This document shows, one piece after another, positions 29,340 to 32,000 of a stretch of 32,000 nt of DNA. The stretch is from Wallemia ichthyophaga EXF-994 (lineage: Eukaryota > Fungi > Basidiomycota), in NCBI RefSeq assembly GCF_000400465.1, contig NW_008806283.1, forward strand, positions 330,001 to 362,000, read 5' to 3'. The notes under the pieces are model-generated. The model saw nothing but the letters and a program-made list of their open reading frames with translations, was not told the origin of the DNA and did no database searches. Made by a program: the position numbers and the translations under genes. Numbering within the stretch: position 1 is the stretch's first letter; every line of letters starts with the position of its first letter.

Positions 29340-32000
29340 TTAAATATACTTTTTCAGCTTCTCGCTTGCTCCATCAGAACCACTCTTTCCAAGTACTCTG
29401 TCGGTAGTCTTTTCGTCAAACTTGGACGCTTTGATGAGACAACCCATGAACTCGTATGCGTTTGGCACATCGATTGCGATATCTTCAATAAACTCCATCA
29501 TGTTTCCGATTTCGCTTTCTAATTGAGTTTGTTCGACCAACTTATCATCGACTGCCGCCGCAATCAACTCTGCCGTGAGCTCAACTGTCTCCTTCTTCCC
29601 ATTCAACGACCGATCAATAAGCTGCTCGATCAGCTTTGGTTTGTGTTCATTAGGGAGCTCCTTAAATGACTCTAATCCTTCTGACACTTTCTTGAGCGAG
29701 TAGACTGTGTTGCTATGTGTTAGCATATCACTACTGCGCAAATGTTCTCACTTACACTCCTCGATCATTGTCTTAACCATCTGCTTGGCTTTATCATCAC
29801 TAATTTCATCCTTGCCTCCTGATGCTGAAGCTGGGGTTTCATCCTGCTCCTCCTCAACATCGCCCTTCGTTGCTGAACGTGGAAGCAAGTTGAGCTTCTT
29901 CCTCTGCGGCTGCTCTTCATTCTGAGCCTGGTCTTGAGCTTCAAGCAGACTGAACATGTTACCACTACTGTTTGTTCTGCTCACAGCAGGTGACTTGCCC
30001 TCAGAAAGCATAGGCGAGGCCAATCCAGAAGGAGACGCTCCACCAGATCCTCCTTGTCCTCTACCGCCCTTCTTAGTAAAAACGCTAGTAGGACCGAACT
30101 GCGATGGTTGCTGTTGTGATTGTTGTCCGCTAGCACCGGCACCAGTACCAGTACCAGCGCCCGCAGCTCCACCCTTTGAGGAGAATTGTCCAAATTGGCT
30201 GAGGTTTCCCGATGGTTGTGATGCCTTCTGTCCACCACTACCACCACCAGCAGCAGCACCACTGCCGATCGTGTTCCATCCATCTCCTCCTCCCTTCTCC
30301 TCTTGCACTGGTGGTCCTCTTGGTTGACCTCTCCTCGATGGCCCGCGCGAGCTCTCTTGTCTCACTGGTCCACGGTTCGATGTGCCTCTGCTCAGTGCAA
30401 TGTTGGCATCGGCTGCAGATTGCGCTCTCTGGTTCGCGGCATCCTTGTGGATCTGCGCAATAGACTTTGGTCCAGCGTCCTTATGTCTGGTTATCCAGTT
30501 GTGTGTGCGCAATTCTATCACGTCGATCAACATGAAGCGCAATCTTGATGATGTGTTTTGATTTTCTACAATACCCTCCATACGTGAGAAGTACGCATCC
30601 ATATTCTTCTTTGCTTCTGGCGTTTCTAACAACCCACCAACTGTCGTCATCAACTTGGCGAGCGATTCAATATCATCTTCTTCAACGTCTTCACCTTGCC
30701 TAGTCAAGAGCTGCATAATACAAAGATGCATGACCTTTGATGTGAGCAGTGTGAGCTTGAAGAGTTCACCAATGAATCTAATCAATCCCAAACCTCTACG
30801 CTTGGCCTTCTGAGCAGCGTAGTATTCATCAGAGAGTGTTTGAGCACTAGAACGTGTTAGCTTTGCTCATTATCTGTTGAAGCAAAAAAAAAACTCACTC
30901 AGCCTTTGGTTGTCCACCCTTGGCAACATCAGCCTCGGCTTCCTCGTTAGCTTGAAGTTTAGCGTGGTCCTCAGCCATCTTCTCAGCAGCTGCTTTAGAT
31001 GCTGCCTCCTTGTCTGACCAGCCCTTCTCAAAGTCTTCTTGACATCTCGTCAACAAGTACTTTCTGAATAAGCGACCACCTGTCGTTGTACTTGGCTGAT
31101 CCTTATCTGAGATATGCTCCGACAACTGATCGTACATCTTGCGACAGAGTCTGGCGTACATCTCAGACCACACAGCCTCATCAGTTGCTTTTTCAAAGAC
31201 CAATCTAATAACCAGTCTAAGCGTCCTACCGTCATCTTCCGTCTCGGACTTGTTGGCGTATGCAATCAATTGGTTAGAGATTGAATCAAACTTCTCAATT
31301 GTAAGCTTGTTGAGCAAACCCTTAACCTTCTTTTCAATAAAGGCTGGGTCATTCTCATCAACGTTGAGGCCTGGTCTGACACCTTGTGATCTGTTCTTGA
31401 TAGCTTGAGGTGTCCATGCATTTTCACTCTTCTCAAGTGGTGCTACTGAACCGAGGGCATCGGCAAGTGGTGTAGATGACTGACCACCTCTGCCATCACG
31501 TTGCTTGCCACGCTGCGATCTATTCCTACCACCGCCAGAGGCCTCCCTGGCCATACCACGGTGAGATGAATTAGTTCTTGACATTGGCTGACCAGCAAAT
31601 GCACCAGCTGCCTGTGATCTAGCGAAACGCTCAGCGGAAGAAGTACCTCTGGATGAAACATCAGAGAATTGACCAAATCCTCCTTGCTTTCCGAATCCTG
31701 ATGAGCGTCCCATACCACCTCTGCTGCCTTGTCTGCCTGATGAAGATCTTCCACCGAATCCCATACCTTGGTCAGGTTCCAAACCAATCGCATCAAGTGA
31801 TGGCATACTAGCTGGCTTGTCTGTAAACACAGACATGAATTGCATCAAGAAGTCCCTGTCGTAGCGGAATTTTCCAGGACGTGCTTGCTTGTTAAGCTCT
31901 GCATTTGGAGACTTGATATCGCCAGGGTAGGAAACCTTGTTGAGGTCGTCTATTCTCCTAGCAGAGCCAAGTGCTTGTGAAGGTTTTTGAGAGGATTCTG
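29340..32000 (-). CDS. TIF4631: Translation initiation factor eIF4G, 5'-partial (eIF4E-binding motif, MIF4G, C-terminal helical domain)
   Basis: YDRDFLM (YxxxxL-phi) near 31850-31865; KVKGLLNKLTIEKFDSI, VFEKATDE, LLTRCQEDFE; intron 30899-30847 gives EYYAAQKAKRRGLGLIRFIGELFK, SSRLRFMLIDVIELR; intron 29755-29705 leads to the last exon. Confidence 0.93.

Noticed and set aside
3042-32000. Apparent cluster of gene-expression genes (RPC31, tRNA, GCN4, PCF11, RPL29, eIF4G)
   Set aside because: These classes are abundant in a compact genome and are interspersed with unrelated genes; no shared motif was seen.

Overview
Gene-dense eukaryotic (fungal) chromosomal DNA. Uniformly short GT-AG introns (about 42-57 nt, CTRAC-type branch points), very small intergenic spacers and basidiomycete-type proteins point to a compact basidiomycete genome, Wallemia-like by inference. 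After manual splicing I find about 18 protein genes: KIN1 (5'-partial), RPC31, a hidden 70-aa zinc-ribbon gene, SYS1, an orphan, SYG1/XPR1, a truncated HMG-box gene, GCN4/cpc-1, PCF11, YSA1-type Nudix, a membrane LysM protein, NMNAT, RPL29, a hidden 58-aa six-exon gene, kinesin-8, a Tim17-like membrane protein, an ankyrin protein and an NDUFA9-like SDR, plus eIF4G (5'-partial) and an intron-containing tRNA-Glu(TTC). No transposon, CRISPR array or rRNA was recognised. The strongest leads are: (i) a GCN4 leader with three uORFs in which a 5'-UTR intron hides an AUG in frame with uORF1, a possible splicing switch on reinitiation; (ii) a 58-aa hydrophilin-like gene with 4-nt and 11-nt micro-exons that the ORF track misses; (iii) an AT-rich, apparently decayed coding island of about 1.4 kb beside the tRNA; (iv) three co-oriented genes separated by only 26 and 93 nt; (v) an HMG box lacking a normal third helix. 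All family calls come from motif recognition, not database searches.
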